A stretch of DNA of 64,000 bases from Nemertoderma westbladi (Eukaryota; Animalia; Xenacoelomorpha), in contig JAUCBJ010006528.1 of the NCBI GenBank assembly GCA_032718475.1, forward strand, positions 85,661-149,660, given 5' to 3'. This document shows positions 38,401-50,400 of the stretch, piece after piece (position 1 is the first letter of the stretch; every line of letters begins with the position of its first letter). The notes under the pieces were generated by a model. That model was given only the letters and a program-made list of their open reading frames with translations. It did not search any database and was not told the origin of the DNA. The translations under genes were made by a program, and so were the position numbers.

Positions 38401-41400
38401 CATTAGAACAGGCTGCTTCTAGAGTTGTACTAGCGGTGAGCGGGGAGCCCAACGGCCCCTCAGTTCATTAGAACAGGCTGCTTCTAGAGTTGTACTAGCG
38501 GGGAGCAGGACTTTCTTGAGACGCATCTTAAAGGACACTGGCCTTAAAGATGCGGATGATCTAGCAAATGTCATGGGTAATAGGGAGTTGTGGCGGTGCA
38601 ATTTTGTTGACAAGCCGGCACAGCATTCTTAAAAATGCAGCTGCAATGCAGCATGCCGATCCTAGTAGTAGAGCAGGGAGCCAAACGGCCCTTCAGTTCA
38701 TTAGAACAGGCTGCTTCTAGAGTTGTTCTACCGGGGAGCCCAACGGCCCCTCAGTTCATTAGAACATGCTGCTTCTAGAGTTGTTCTAGCGGTGATCGGG
38801 GAGCCCAATGGCCCCTCAGTTCATTAGAACAGGCTGCTTCTAGAGTTGTACTAGCGGGGAGCCCAATGGCCCCTCCTCAGTTCATTAGAACAGGCTGCTT
38901 CTAGAGTTGTACTAGCGGTGATCGGGGAGCCCAACGGCCCCTCAGTTCATTAGAACAGGCTGCTTCTAGAGTTGTACTAGCGGTGAGCGGGGAGCCAAAC
39001 GGCCCCTCAGTTCATTAGAACAGGCTGCTTCTAGAGTTGTACTAGCGGTGAGCCCAACGACCCCTCAGTTCATTAGAACAGGCTGCTTTTAGAGTTGTAC
39101 TAGCAGGGAGCGGGGAGCTCAACGGCCCCTCAGTTCATTAGAACAGGCTGCTTCTAGAGTTGTACTAGCGGGGAGCCCAACGGACCCTCAGTTCATTAGA
39201 ACAGGCTGCTTCTAGAGTTGTACTAGCGGTGAGCGGGGAGCCCAACGGCCCCTCAGTTCATTAGAACAGGCTGCTTCTAGAGTTGTACTAGCGGGGAGCG
39301 GGGAGCCCAATGGCCCCTCAGTTCATTAGAACAGGCTGCTTCTAGAGTTGTACTAGCGGTGAGCGGGGAGCCCAACGGCCCCTCAGTTCATTAGAACAGG
39401 CTGCTTCTAGAGTTGTACTAGCTGGGAGCCCAACGGCCCCTCAGTTCATTAGAACAGGCTGCTTCTGGAGTTGTACTAGCGGGGAGCCCAACGGCCCCTC
39501 CTCAGTTCATTTGAACAGGCTGCTTCTAGAGTTGTACTAGCGGTGAGCCCAACGGCCCCTCAGTTCATTACAACAGGCTGCTTCTATAGTTGTACTAGTG
39601 GGGAGCCCAACGGCCCCTCAGTTCATTAGAACAGGCTGCTTCTAGAGTTGTACTAGCGGGGAGCCCAACGGCCCCTCAGTTCATTAGAACAGGCTGCTTC
39701 TAGAGTTGTACTAGCGGGGAGCCCAACAGCCCCTCAGTTCATTAGAACAGGCTGCTTCTTGAGTTGTACTAGCGGTGAGCCCAACGGTCCCTCAGTTCAT
39801 TAGAACAGGCTGCTTCTAGAGTTGTACTAGCTGGGAGCCCAACGGCCCCTCAGTTCATTAGAACAGGCTGCTTCTAGAGTTGTACTAGCGGGGAGCCCAA
39901 CGGCCCCTCCTCAGTTCATTTGAACAGGCTGCTTCTAGAGTTGTACTAGCAGTGAGCACAACGGCCCCTCAGTTCATTAGAACAGGCTGCTTCTAGAGTT
40001 GTACTAGTGGGGAGCCCAACGGCCCCTCAGTTCATTAGAACAGGCTGCTTCTAGAGTTGTACTAGCGGGGAGCCCAACAGCCCCTCAGTTCATTAGAACA
40101 GGCTGTTCTAGAGTTGTACTAGCGGTGAGCGGGGAGCCCAACGGCCCCTCAGTTCATTAGAACAGGCTGCTTCTAGAGTTGTACTAGCGGGGAGCGGGGA
40201 GCCAAACGGCCCCTCAGTACATTAGAACAGGCTGATTCTAGAGTTGTACTAGCGGGGAGCCCAATGGCCCTTCAGTTCATTAGAACAGGCTGCTTCTAGA
40301 GTTGTTCTACCGGGGAGCCCAACGGCCCCTCAGTTCATTAGAACAGGCTGCTTCTAGAGTTGTACTAGCGGGGAGCGGGGAGCCCAATGGCCCCTCAGTT
40401 CATTAGAACAGGCTGGTTCTAGAGTTGTACTAGCGGTGAGCGGGGAGCCCAACGGCCCCCCAGTTCATTAGAACAGGCTGCTTCTAGAGTTGTACTAGCG
40501 GTGAGCGGGGAGCCCAACGGCCCCTCAGTTCATTAGAACAGGCTGCTTCTAGAGTTGTACTAGCTGGGAGCCCAACGGCCCCTCAGTTCATTAGAACAGG
40601 CTGCTTCTAGAGTTGTGCTAGCGGGGAGCCCAACGGCCCCTCCTCAGTTCATTTGAACAGGCTGCTTCTAGAGTTGTACTAGCAGTGAGCCCAACGGCCC
40701 CTCAGTTCATTAGAACAGGCTGCTTCTATAGTTGTACTAGTGGGGAGCCCAACGGCCCCTCAGTTCATTAGAACAGGCTGCTTCTAGAGTTGTACTAGCG
40801 GGGAGCCCAACGGCCCCTCAGTTCATTAGAACAGGCTGCTTCTAGAGTTGTACTAGCGGGGAGCCCAACAGCCTCTCAGTTCATTAGAACAGGCTGCTTC
40901 TTGAGTTGTACTAGCGGTGAGCCCAACGGTCCCTCAGTTCATTAGAACATGCTGCTTCTAGAGTTGTACTAGCTGGGAGCCCAACGGCCCCTCAGTTCAT
41001 TAGAACAAGCTGCTTCTAGAGTTGTACTAGCGGGGAGCCCAACGGCCCCTCCTCAGTTCATTTGAACAGGCTGCTTCTAGAGTTGTACTAGCAGTGAGCA
41101 CAACGGCCCCTCAGTTCATTAGAACAGGCTGCTTCTAGAGTTGTACTAGTGGGGAGCCCAACGGCCGCTCAATTCATTAGAACAGGCTGCTTCTAGAGTT
41201 GTACTAGCGGGGAGCCCAACGGCCCCTCAGTTCATTAGAACAGGCTGCTTCTAGAGTTGTACTAGCGGGGAGCCCAACAGCCCCTCAGTTCATTAGAACA
41301 GGCTGCTTCTAGAGTTGTACTAGCGGTGAGCGGGGAGCCCAACGGCCCCTCAGTTCATTAGAACAGGCTGCTTCTAGAGTTGTACTAGCGGGGAGCGGGG

Positions 41401-44400
41401 AGCCAAACGGCCCTTCAGTTCATTAGAACAGGCTGCTTCTAGAGTTGTTCTACCGGGGAGCCCAACGGCCCCTCAGTTCATTAGAACATGCTGCTTCTAG
41501 AGTTGTTCTAGCGGTGATCGGGGAGCCCAACGGCCCCTCAGTTCATTAGAACAGGCTGCTTCTAGAGTTGTACTAGCGGGGAGCCCAATGGCCCCTCCTC
41601 AGTTCATTAGAACAGGCTGCTTCTAGAGTTGTACTAGCGGTGATCGGGGAGCCCAACGGCCCCTCAGTTCATTAGAACAGGCTGCTTCTAGAGTTGTACT
41701 AGCGGTGAGCGGGGAGCCAAACGGCCCCTCAGTTCATTAGAACAGGCTGCTTCTAGAGTTGTACTAGCGGTGAGCCCAACGGCCCCTCAGTTCATTAGAA
41801 CAGGCTGCTTTTAGAGTTGTACTAGCAGGGAGCGGGGAGCTCAACGGCCCCTCAGTTCATTAGAACAGGCTGCTTCTAGAGTTGTACTAGCGGGGAGCCC
41901 AACGGACCCTCAGTTCATTAGAACAGGCTGCTTCTAGAGTTGTACTAGCGGTGAGCGGGGAGCCCAACGGCCCCTCAGTTCATTAGAACAGGCTGCTTCT
42001 AGAGTTGTACTAGCGGGGAGCGGGGAGCCCAATGGCCCCTCAGTTCATTAGAACAGGCTGCTTCTAGAGTTGTACTAGCGGTGAGCGGGGAGCCCAACGG
42101 CCCCTCAGTTCATTAGAACAGGCTGCTTCTAGAGTTGTACTAGCTGGGAGCCCAACGGCCCCTCAGTTCATTAGAACAGGCTGCTTCTGGAGTTGTACTA
42201 GCGGGGAGCCCAACGGCCCCTCCTCAGTTCATTTGAACAGGCTGCTTCTAGAGTTGTACTAGCGGTGAGCCCAACGGCCCCTCAGTTCATTACAACAGGC
42301 TGCTTCTATAGTTGTACTAGTGGGGAGCCCAACGGCCCCTCAGTTCATTAGAACAGGCTGCTTCTAGAGTTGTACTAGCGGGGAGCCCAACGGCCCCTCA
42401 GTTCATTAGAACAGGCTGCTTCTAGAGTTGTACTAGCGGGGAGCCCAACAGCCCCTCAGTTCATTAGAACAGGCTGCTTCTTGAGTTGTACTAGCGGTGA
42501 GCCCAACGGTCCCTCAGTTCATTAGAACAGGCTGCTTCTAGAGTTGTACTAGCTGGGAGCCCAACGGCCCCTCAGTTCATTAGAACAGGCTGCTTCTAGA
42601 GTTGTACTAGCGGGGAGCCCAACGGCCCCTCCTCAGTTCATTTGAACAGGCTGCTTCTAGAGTTGTACTAGCAGTGAGCACAACGGCCCCTCAGTTCATT
42701 AGAACAGGCTGCTTCTAGAGTTGTACTAGTGGGGAGCCCAACGGCCCCTCAGTTCATTAGAACAGGCTGCTTCTAGAGTTGTACTAGCGGGGAGCCCAAC
42801 AGCCCCTCAGTTCATTAGAACAGGCTGCTTCTAGAGTTGTACTAGCGGTGAGCGGGGAGCCCAACGGCCCCTCAGTTCATTAGAACAGGCTGCTTCTAGA
42901 GTTGTACTAGCGGGGAGCGGGGAGCCAAACGGCCCCTCAGTACATTAGAACAGGCTGATTCTAGAGTTGTACTAGCGGGGAGCCCAATGGCCCTTCAGTT
43001 CATTAGAACAGGCTGCTTCTAGAGTTGTTCTACCGGGGAGCCCAACGGCCCCTCAGTTCATTAGAACATGCTGCTTCTAGAGTTGTACTAGCGGTGAGCG
43101 GGGAGCCCAATGGCCCCTCAGTTCATTAGAACAGGCTGCTTCTAGAGTTGTACTAGCGGTGAGCCCAACGGCCCCTCAGTTCATTAGAACAGGCTGCTTC
43201 TAGAGTTGTACTAGCGGGGAGCCCAATGGCCCCTCCTCAGTTCATTAGAACAGGCTGCTTCTAGAGTTGTACTAGCGGTGATCGGGGAGCCCAACGGCCC
43301 CTCAGTTCATTAGAACAGGCTGCTTCTAGAGTTGTACTACCGGTGAGCGGGGAGCCAAACGGCCCCTCAGTTCATTAGAACAGGCTGCTTCTAGAGTTGC
43401 ACTAGCGGTGAGCCCAATGGCCCCTCAGTTCATTAGAACATGCAGCTTCTAGAGTTGTACTAGCACGGAGCGGGGAGCCCAACGGCCCCTAAGTTCATTA
43501 GAACAGGCTGCTTCTAGAGTTGTACTAGTGGGGAGCCCAACGGCCCCCCAGTTCATTAGAACAGGCTGCTTCTAGAGTTGTACTAGCGGTGAGCCCAACG
43601 GCCCCTCAGGTCATTAGAACAGGCTGCTTCTAGAGTTGTTCTAGCGGGGAGCCCAACGGCCCCTCAGTTCATTAGAACAGGCTGCTTCTAGAGTTGTACT
43701 AGCGGGGAGCCCAATGGCCCCTCCTCAGTTCATTAGAACAGGCTGCTTCTAGAGTTGTACTAGCGGTGATCGGGGAGCCCAACGGCCCCTCAGTTCATTA
43801 GAACAGGCTGCTTCTAGAGTTGTACTAGCGGTGATCGGGGAGCCCAACGGCCCCTCAGTTCATTAGAACAGGCTGCTTCTAGAGTTGTACTAGCGGGGAG
43901 CAGGGAGCCCAATGGCCCCTCAGTTCATTAGAACAGGCTGCTTCTAGAGTTGTACTAGCGGTGAGCTGGGAGCCCAACGGCCCCCCAGTTCATTAGAACA
44001 GGCTGCTTCTAGAGTTGTACTAGCGGTGAGCGGGGAGCCCAACGGGCCCTCAGTTCATTAGAACAGGCTGCTTCTAGAGTTGTACTAGCGGTGAGCCCAA
44101 CGGTCCCTCAGTTCATTAGAACAGGCTGCTTCTAGAGTTGTACTAGCGGTGAGCCCAACGGCCCCTCAGTTCATTAGAACAGGCTGCTTCTAGAGTTGTA
44201 CTAGCGGGGAGCCCAATGGCCCCTCCTCAGTTCATTAGAACAGGCTGCTTCTAGAGTTGTACTAGCGGTGATCGGGGAGCCCAACGGCCCCTCAGTTCAT
44301 TAGAACAGGCTGCTTCTAGAGTTGTACTAGCGGTGAGCGGGGAGCCAAACGGCCCCTCAGTTCATTAGAACAGGCTGCTTCTAGAGTTGTACTAGCGGTG

Positions 44401-47400
44401 AGCCCAACGGCCCCTCAGTTCATTAGAACAGGCTGCTTTTAGAGTTGTACTAGCAGGGAGCGGGGAGCCCAACGGCCCCTCAGTTCATTAGAACAGGCTG
44501 CTTCTAGAGTTGTACTAGCGGGGAGCCCAACGGCCCCTCAGTTCATTAGAACAGGCTGCTTCTAGAGTTGTACTAGCGGTGAGCGGGGAGCCCAACGGCC
44601 CCTCAGTTCATTAGAACAGGCTGCTTCTAGAGTTGTACTAGCGGGGAGCGGGGAGCCCAATGGCCCCTCAGTTCATTAGAACAGGCTGGTTCTAGAGTTG
44701 TACTAGCGGTGAGCGGGGAGCCCAACGGCCCCCCAGTTCATTAGAACAGGCTGCTTCTAGAGTTGTACTAGCGGTGAGCGGGGAGCCCAACGGCCCCTCA
44801 GTTCATTAGAACAGGCTGCTTCTAGAGTTGTACTAGCTGGGAGCCCAACGGCCCCTCAGTTCATTAGAACAGGCTGCTTCTAGAGTTGTACTAGCGGGGA
44901 GCCCAACGGCCCCTCCTCAGTTCATTTGAACAGGCTGCTTCTAGAGTTGTACTAGCAGTGAGCCCAACGGCCCCTCAGTTCATTAGAACAGGCTGCTTCT
45001 ATAGTTGTACTAGTGGGGAGCCCAACGGCCCCTCAGTTCATTAGAACAGGCTGCTTCTAGAGTTGTACTAGCGGGGAGCCCAACGGCCCCTCAGTTCATT
45101 AGAACAGGCTGCTTCTAGAGTTGTACTAGCGGGGAGCCCAACAGCCCCTCAGTTCATTAGAACAGGCTGCTTCTTGAGTTGTACTAGCGGTGAGCCCAAC
45201 GGTCCCTCAGTTCATTAGAACATGCTGCTTCTAGAGTTGTACTAGCTGGGAGCCCAACGGCCCCTCAGTTCATTAGAACAAGCTGCTTCTAGAGTTGTAC
45301 TAGCGGGGAGCCCAACGGCCCCTCCTCAGTTCATTTGAACAGGCTGCTTCTAGAGTTGTACTAGCAGTGAGCACAACGGCCCCTCAGTTCATTAGAACAG
45401 GCTGCTTCTAGAGTTGTACTAGTGGGGAGCCCAACGGCCCCTCAATTCATTAGAACAGGCTGCTTCTAGAGTTGTACTAGCGGGGAGCCCAACGGCCCCT
45501 CAGTTCATTAGAACAGGCTGCTTCTAGAGTTGTACTAGCGGGGAGCCCAACAGCCCCTCAGTTCATCAGAACAGGCTGCTTCTAGAGTTGTACTAGCGGT
45601 GAGCGGGGAGCCCAACGGCCCCTCAGTTCATTAGAACAGGCTGCTTCTAGAGTTGTACTAGCGGGGAGCGGGGAGCGGGGAGCCAAACGGCCCTTCAGTT
45701 CATTAGAACAGGCTGCTTCTAGAGTTGTTCTACCGGGGAGCCCAACGGCCCCTCAGTTCATTAGAACATGCTGCTTCTAGAGTTGTTCTAGCGGTGATCG
45801 GGGAGCCCAACGGCCCCTCAGTTCATTAGAACAGGCTGATTCTAGAGTTGTACTAGCGGGGAGCCCAATGGCCCCTCCTCAGTTCATTAGAACAGGCTGC
45901 TTCTAGAGTTGTACTAGCGGTGATCGGGGAGCCCAACGGCCCCTCAGTTCATTAGAACAGGCTGCTTCTAGAGTTGAACTAGCGGTGAGCGGGGAGCCAA
46001 ACGGCCCCTCAGTTCATTAGAACAGGCTGCTTCTAGAGTTGTACTAGCGGTGAGCCCAACGGCCCCTCAGTTCATTAGAACAGGCTGCTTTTAGAGTTGT
46101 ACTAGCAGGGAGCGGGGAGCTCAACGGCCCCTCAGTTCATTAGAACAGGCTGCTTCTAGAGTTGTACTAGCGGGGAGCCCAACGGACCCTCAGTTCATTA
46201 GAACAGGCTGCTTCTAGAGTTGTACTAGCGGTGAGCGGGGAGCCCAACGGCCCCTCAGTTCATTAGAACAGGCTGCTTCTAGAGTTGTACTAACGGGGAG
46301 CGGGGAGCCCAATGGCCCCTCAGTTCATTAGAACAGGCTGCTTCTAGAGTTGTACTAGCGGTGAGCGGGGAGCCCAACGGCCCCTCAGTTCATTAGAACA
46401 GGCTGCTTCTAGAGTTGTACTAGCTGGGAGCCCAACGGCCCCTCAGTTCATTAGAACAGGCTGCTTCTGGAGTTGTACTAGCGGGGAGCCCAACGGCCCC
46501 TCCTCAGTTCATTTGAACAGGCTGCTTCTAGAGTTGTACTAGCGGTGAGCCCAACGGCCCCTCAGTTCATTACAACAGGCTGCTTCTATAGTTGTACTAG
46601 TGGGGAGCCCAACGGCCCCTCAGTTCATTAGAACAGGCTGCTTCTAGAGTTGTACTAGCGGGGAGCCCAACGGCCCCTCAGTTCATTAGAACAGGCTGCT
46701 TCTAGAGTTGTACTAGCGGGGAGCCCAACAGCCCCTCAGTTCATTAGAACAGGCTGCTTCTTGAGTTGTACTAGCGGTGAGCCCAACGGTCCCTCAGTTC
46801 ATTAGAACAGGCTGCTTCTAGAGTTGTACTAGCTGGGAGCCCAACGGCCCCTCAGTTCATTAGAACAGGCTGCTTCTAGAGTTGTACTAGCGGGGAGCCC
46901 AACGGCCCCTCCTCAGTTCATTTGAACAGGCTGCTTCTAGAGTTGTACTAGCAGTGAGCACAACGGCCCCTCAGTTCATTAGAACAGGCTGCTTCTAGAG
47001 TTGTACTAGTGGGGAGCCCAACGGCCCCTCAGTTCATTAGAACAGGCTGCTTCTAGAGTTGTACTAGCGGGGAGCCCAACAGCCCCTCAGTTCATTAGAA
47101 CAGGCTGCTTCTAGAGTTGTACTAGCGGTGAGCGGGGAGCCCAACGGCCCCTCAGTTCATTAGAACAGGCTGCTTCTAGAGTTGTACTAGCGGGGAGCGG
47201 GGAGCCAAACGGCCCCTCAGTACATTAGAACAGGCTGATTCTAGAGTTGTACTAGCGGGGAGCCCAATGGCCCTTCAGTTCATTAGAACAGGCTGCTTCT
47301 AGAGTTGTTCTACCGGGGAGCCCAACGGCCCCTCAGTTCATTAGAACATGCTGCTTCTAGAGTTGTACTAGCGGTGAGCGGGGAGCCCAATGGCCCCTCA

Positions 47401-50400
47401 GTTCATTAGAACAGGCGGCTTCTAGAGTTGTACTAGCGGTGAGCCCAACGGCCCCTCAGTTCATTAGAACAGGCTGCTTCTAGAATTGTACTAGCGGGGA
47501 GCCCAATGGCCCCTCCTCAGTTCATTAGAACAGGCTGCTTCTAGAGTTGTACTAGCGGTGATCGGGGAGCCCAACGGCCCCTCAGTTCATTAGAACAGGC
47601 TGCTTCTAGAGTTGTACTAGCGGTGAGCGGGGAGCCAAACGGCCCCTCAGTTCATTAGAACAGGCTGCTTCTAGAGTTTCACTAGCGGTGAGCCCAATGG
47701 CCCCTCAGTTCATTAGAACATGCTGCTTCTAGAGTTGTACTAGCAGGGAGCGGGGAGCCCAACGGCCCCTAAGTTCATTAGAACAGGCTGCTTCTAGAGT
47801 TGTACTAGTGGGGAGCCCAACGGCCCCCCAGTTCATTAGAACAGGCTGCTTCTAGAGTTGTACTAGCGGTGAGCCCAACGGCCCCTCAGGTCATTAGAAC
47901 AGGCTGCTTCTAGAGTTGTTCTAGCGGGGAGCCCAACGGCCCCTCAGTTCATAAGAACAGGCTGCTTCTAGAGTTGTACTAGCGGGGAGCCCAATGGCCC
48001 CTCCTCAGTTCATTAGAACAGGCTGCTTCTAGAGTTGTACTAGCGGTGATCGGGGAGCCCAACGGCCCCTCAGTTCATTAGAACAGGCTGCTTCTAGAGT
48101 TGTACTAGCGGTGATCGGGGAGCCCAACGGCCCCTCAGTTCATTAGAACAGGCTGCTTCTAGAGTTGTACTAGCGGGGAGCAGGGAGCCCAATGGCCCCT
48201 CAGTTCATTAGAACAGGCTGCTTCTAGAGTTGTACTAGCGGTGAGCTGGGAGCCCAACGGCCCCCCAGTTCATTAGAACAGGCTGCTTCTAGAGTTGTAC
48301 TAGCGGTGAGCGGGGAGCCCAACGGGCCCTCAGTTCATTAGAACAGGCTGCTTCTAGAGTTGTACTAGCGGTGAGCCCAACGGTCCCTCAGTTCATTAGA
48401 ACAGGCTGCTTCTAGAGTTGTACTAGCGGGGAGCCCAACGGCCCCTCAGTTCATTAGAACAGGCTGCTTCTAGAGTTGTACTAGCTGGGAGCCCAACGGC
48501 CCCTCAGTTCATTAGAACAGGCTGCTTCTAGAGTTGTACTAGCGGGGAGCCCAACGGCCCCTCCTCAGTTCATTTGAACAGGCTGCTTCTAGAGTTGTAC
48601 TAGCAGTGAGCACAACGGCCCCTCAGTTCATTAGAACAGGCTGCTTCTAGAGTTGTACTAGTGGGGAGCCCAACGGCCCCTCAGTTCATTAGAACAGGCT
48701 GCTTCTAGAGTTGTACTAGCGGGGAGCCCAACAGCCCCTCAGTTCATTAGAACAGGCTGCTTCTAGAGTTGTACTAGCGGTGAGCGGGGAGCCCAATGGC
48801 CCCTCAGTTCATTAGAACAGGCTGCTTCTAGAGTTGTACTAGCGGGGAGCGGGGAGCCAAACGGCCCCTCAGTACATTAGAACAGGCTGATTCTAGAGTT
48901 GTACTAGCGGGGAGCCCAATGGCCCTTCAGTTCATTAGAACAGGCTGCTTCTAGAGTTGTTCTACCGGGGAGCCCAACGGCCCCTCAGTTCATTAGAACA
49001 TGCTGCTTCTAGAGTTGTACTAGCGGTGAGCGGGGAGCCCAATGACCCCTCAGTTCATTAGAACAGGCTGCTTCTAGAGTTGTACTAGCGGTGAGCCCCA
49101 CGGCCCCTCAGTTCATTAGAACAGGCTGCTTCTAGAGTTGTACTAGCGGGGAGCCCAATGGCCCCTCCTCAGTTCATTAGAACAGGCTGCTTCTAGAGTT
49201 GTACTAGCGGTGATCGGGGAGCCCAACGGCCCCTCAGTTCATTAGAACAGGCTGCTTCTAGAGTTGTACTAGCGGTGAGCGGGGAGCCAAACGGCCCCTC
49301 AGTTCATTAGAACAGGCTGCTTCTAGAGTTGCACTAGCGGTGAGCCCAATGGCCCCTCAGTTCATTAGAACATGCTGCTTCTAGAGTTGTACTAGCAGGG
49401 AGCGGGGAGCCCAACGGCCCCTAAGTTCATTAGAACAGGCTGCTTCTAGAGTTGTACTAGTGGGGAGCCCAACGGCCCCCCAGTTCATTAGAACAGGCTG
49501 CTTCTAGAGTTGTACTAGCGGTGAGCCCAACGGCCCCTCAGGTCATTAGAACAGGCTGCTTCTAGAGTTGTTCTAGCGGGGAGCCCAACGGCCCCTCAGT
49601 TCATTAGAACAGGCTGCTTCTAGAGTTGTACTAGCGGGGAGCCCAATGGCCCCTCCTCAGTTCATTAGAACAGGCTGCTTCTAGAGTTGTACTAGCGGTG
49701 ATCGGGGAGCCCAACGGCCCCTCAGTTCATTAGAACAGGCTGCTTCTAGAGTTGTACTAGCGGTGATCGGGGAGCCCAACGGCCCCTCAGTTCATTAGAA
49801 CAGGCTGCTTCTAGAGTTGTACTAGCGGGGAGCAGGGAGCCCAATGGCCCCTCAGTTCATTAGAACAGGCTGCTTCTAGAGTTGTACTAGCGGTGAGCTG
49901 GGAGCCCAACGGCCCCCCAGTTCATTAGAACAGGCTGCTTCTAGAGTTGTACTAGCGGTGAGCGGGGAGCCCAACGGGCCCTCAGTTCATTAGAACAGGC
50001 TGCTTCTAGAGTTGTACTAGCGGTGAGCCCAACGGTCCCTCAGTTCATTAGAACAGGCTGCTTCTAGAGTTGTACTAGCGGGGAGCCCAACGGCCCCTCA
50101 GTTCATTAGAACAGGCTGCTTCTAGAGTTGTACTAGCTGGGAGCCCAACGGCCCCTCAGTTCATTAGAACAGGCTGCTTCTAGAGTTGTACTAGCGGTGA
50201 GCCCAACGGCCCCTCAGGTCATTAGAACAGGCTGCTTCTAGAGTTGTTCTAGCGGGGAGCCCAACGGCCCCTCAGTTCATTAGAACAGGCTGCTTCTAGA
50301 GTTGTACTAGCGGGGAGCCCAATGGCCCCTCCTCAGTTCATTAGAACAGGCTGCTTCTAGAGTTGTACTAGCGGTGATCGGGGAGCCAAACGGCCCCTCA

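Noticed and set aside
38419-38613. 64-aa minus-strand ORF
   Set aside because: It is the antisense shadow of the RTE-like fragment plus satellite; the meaningful frame is on the + strand.
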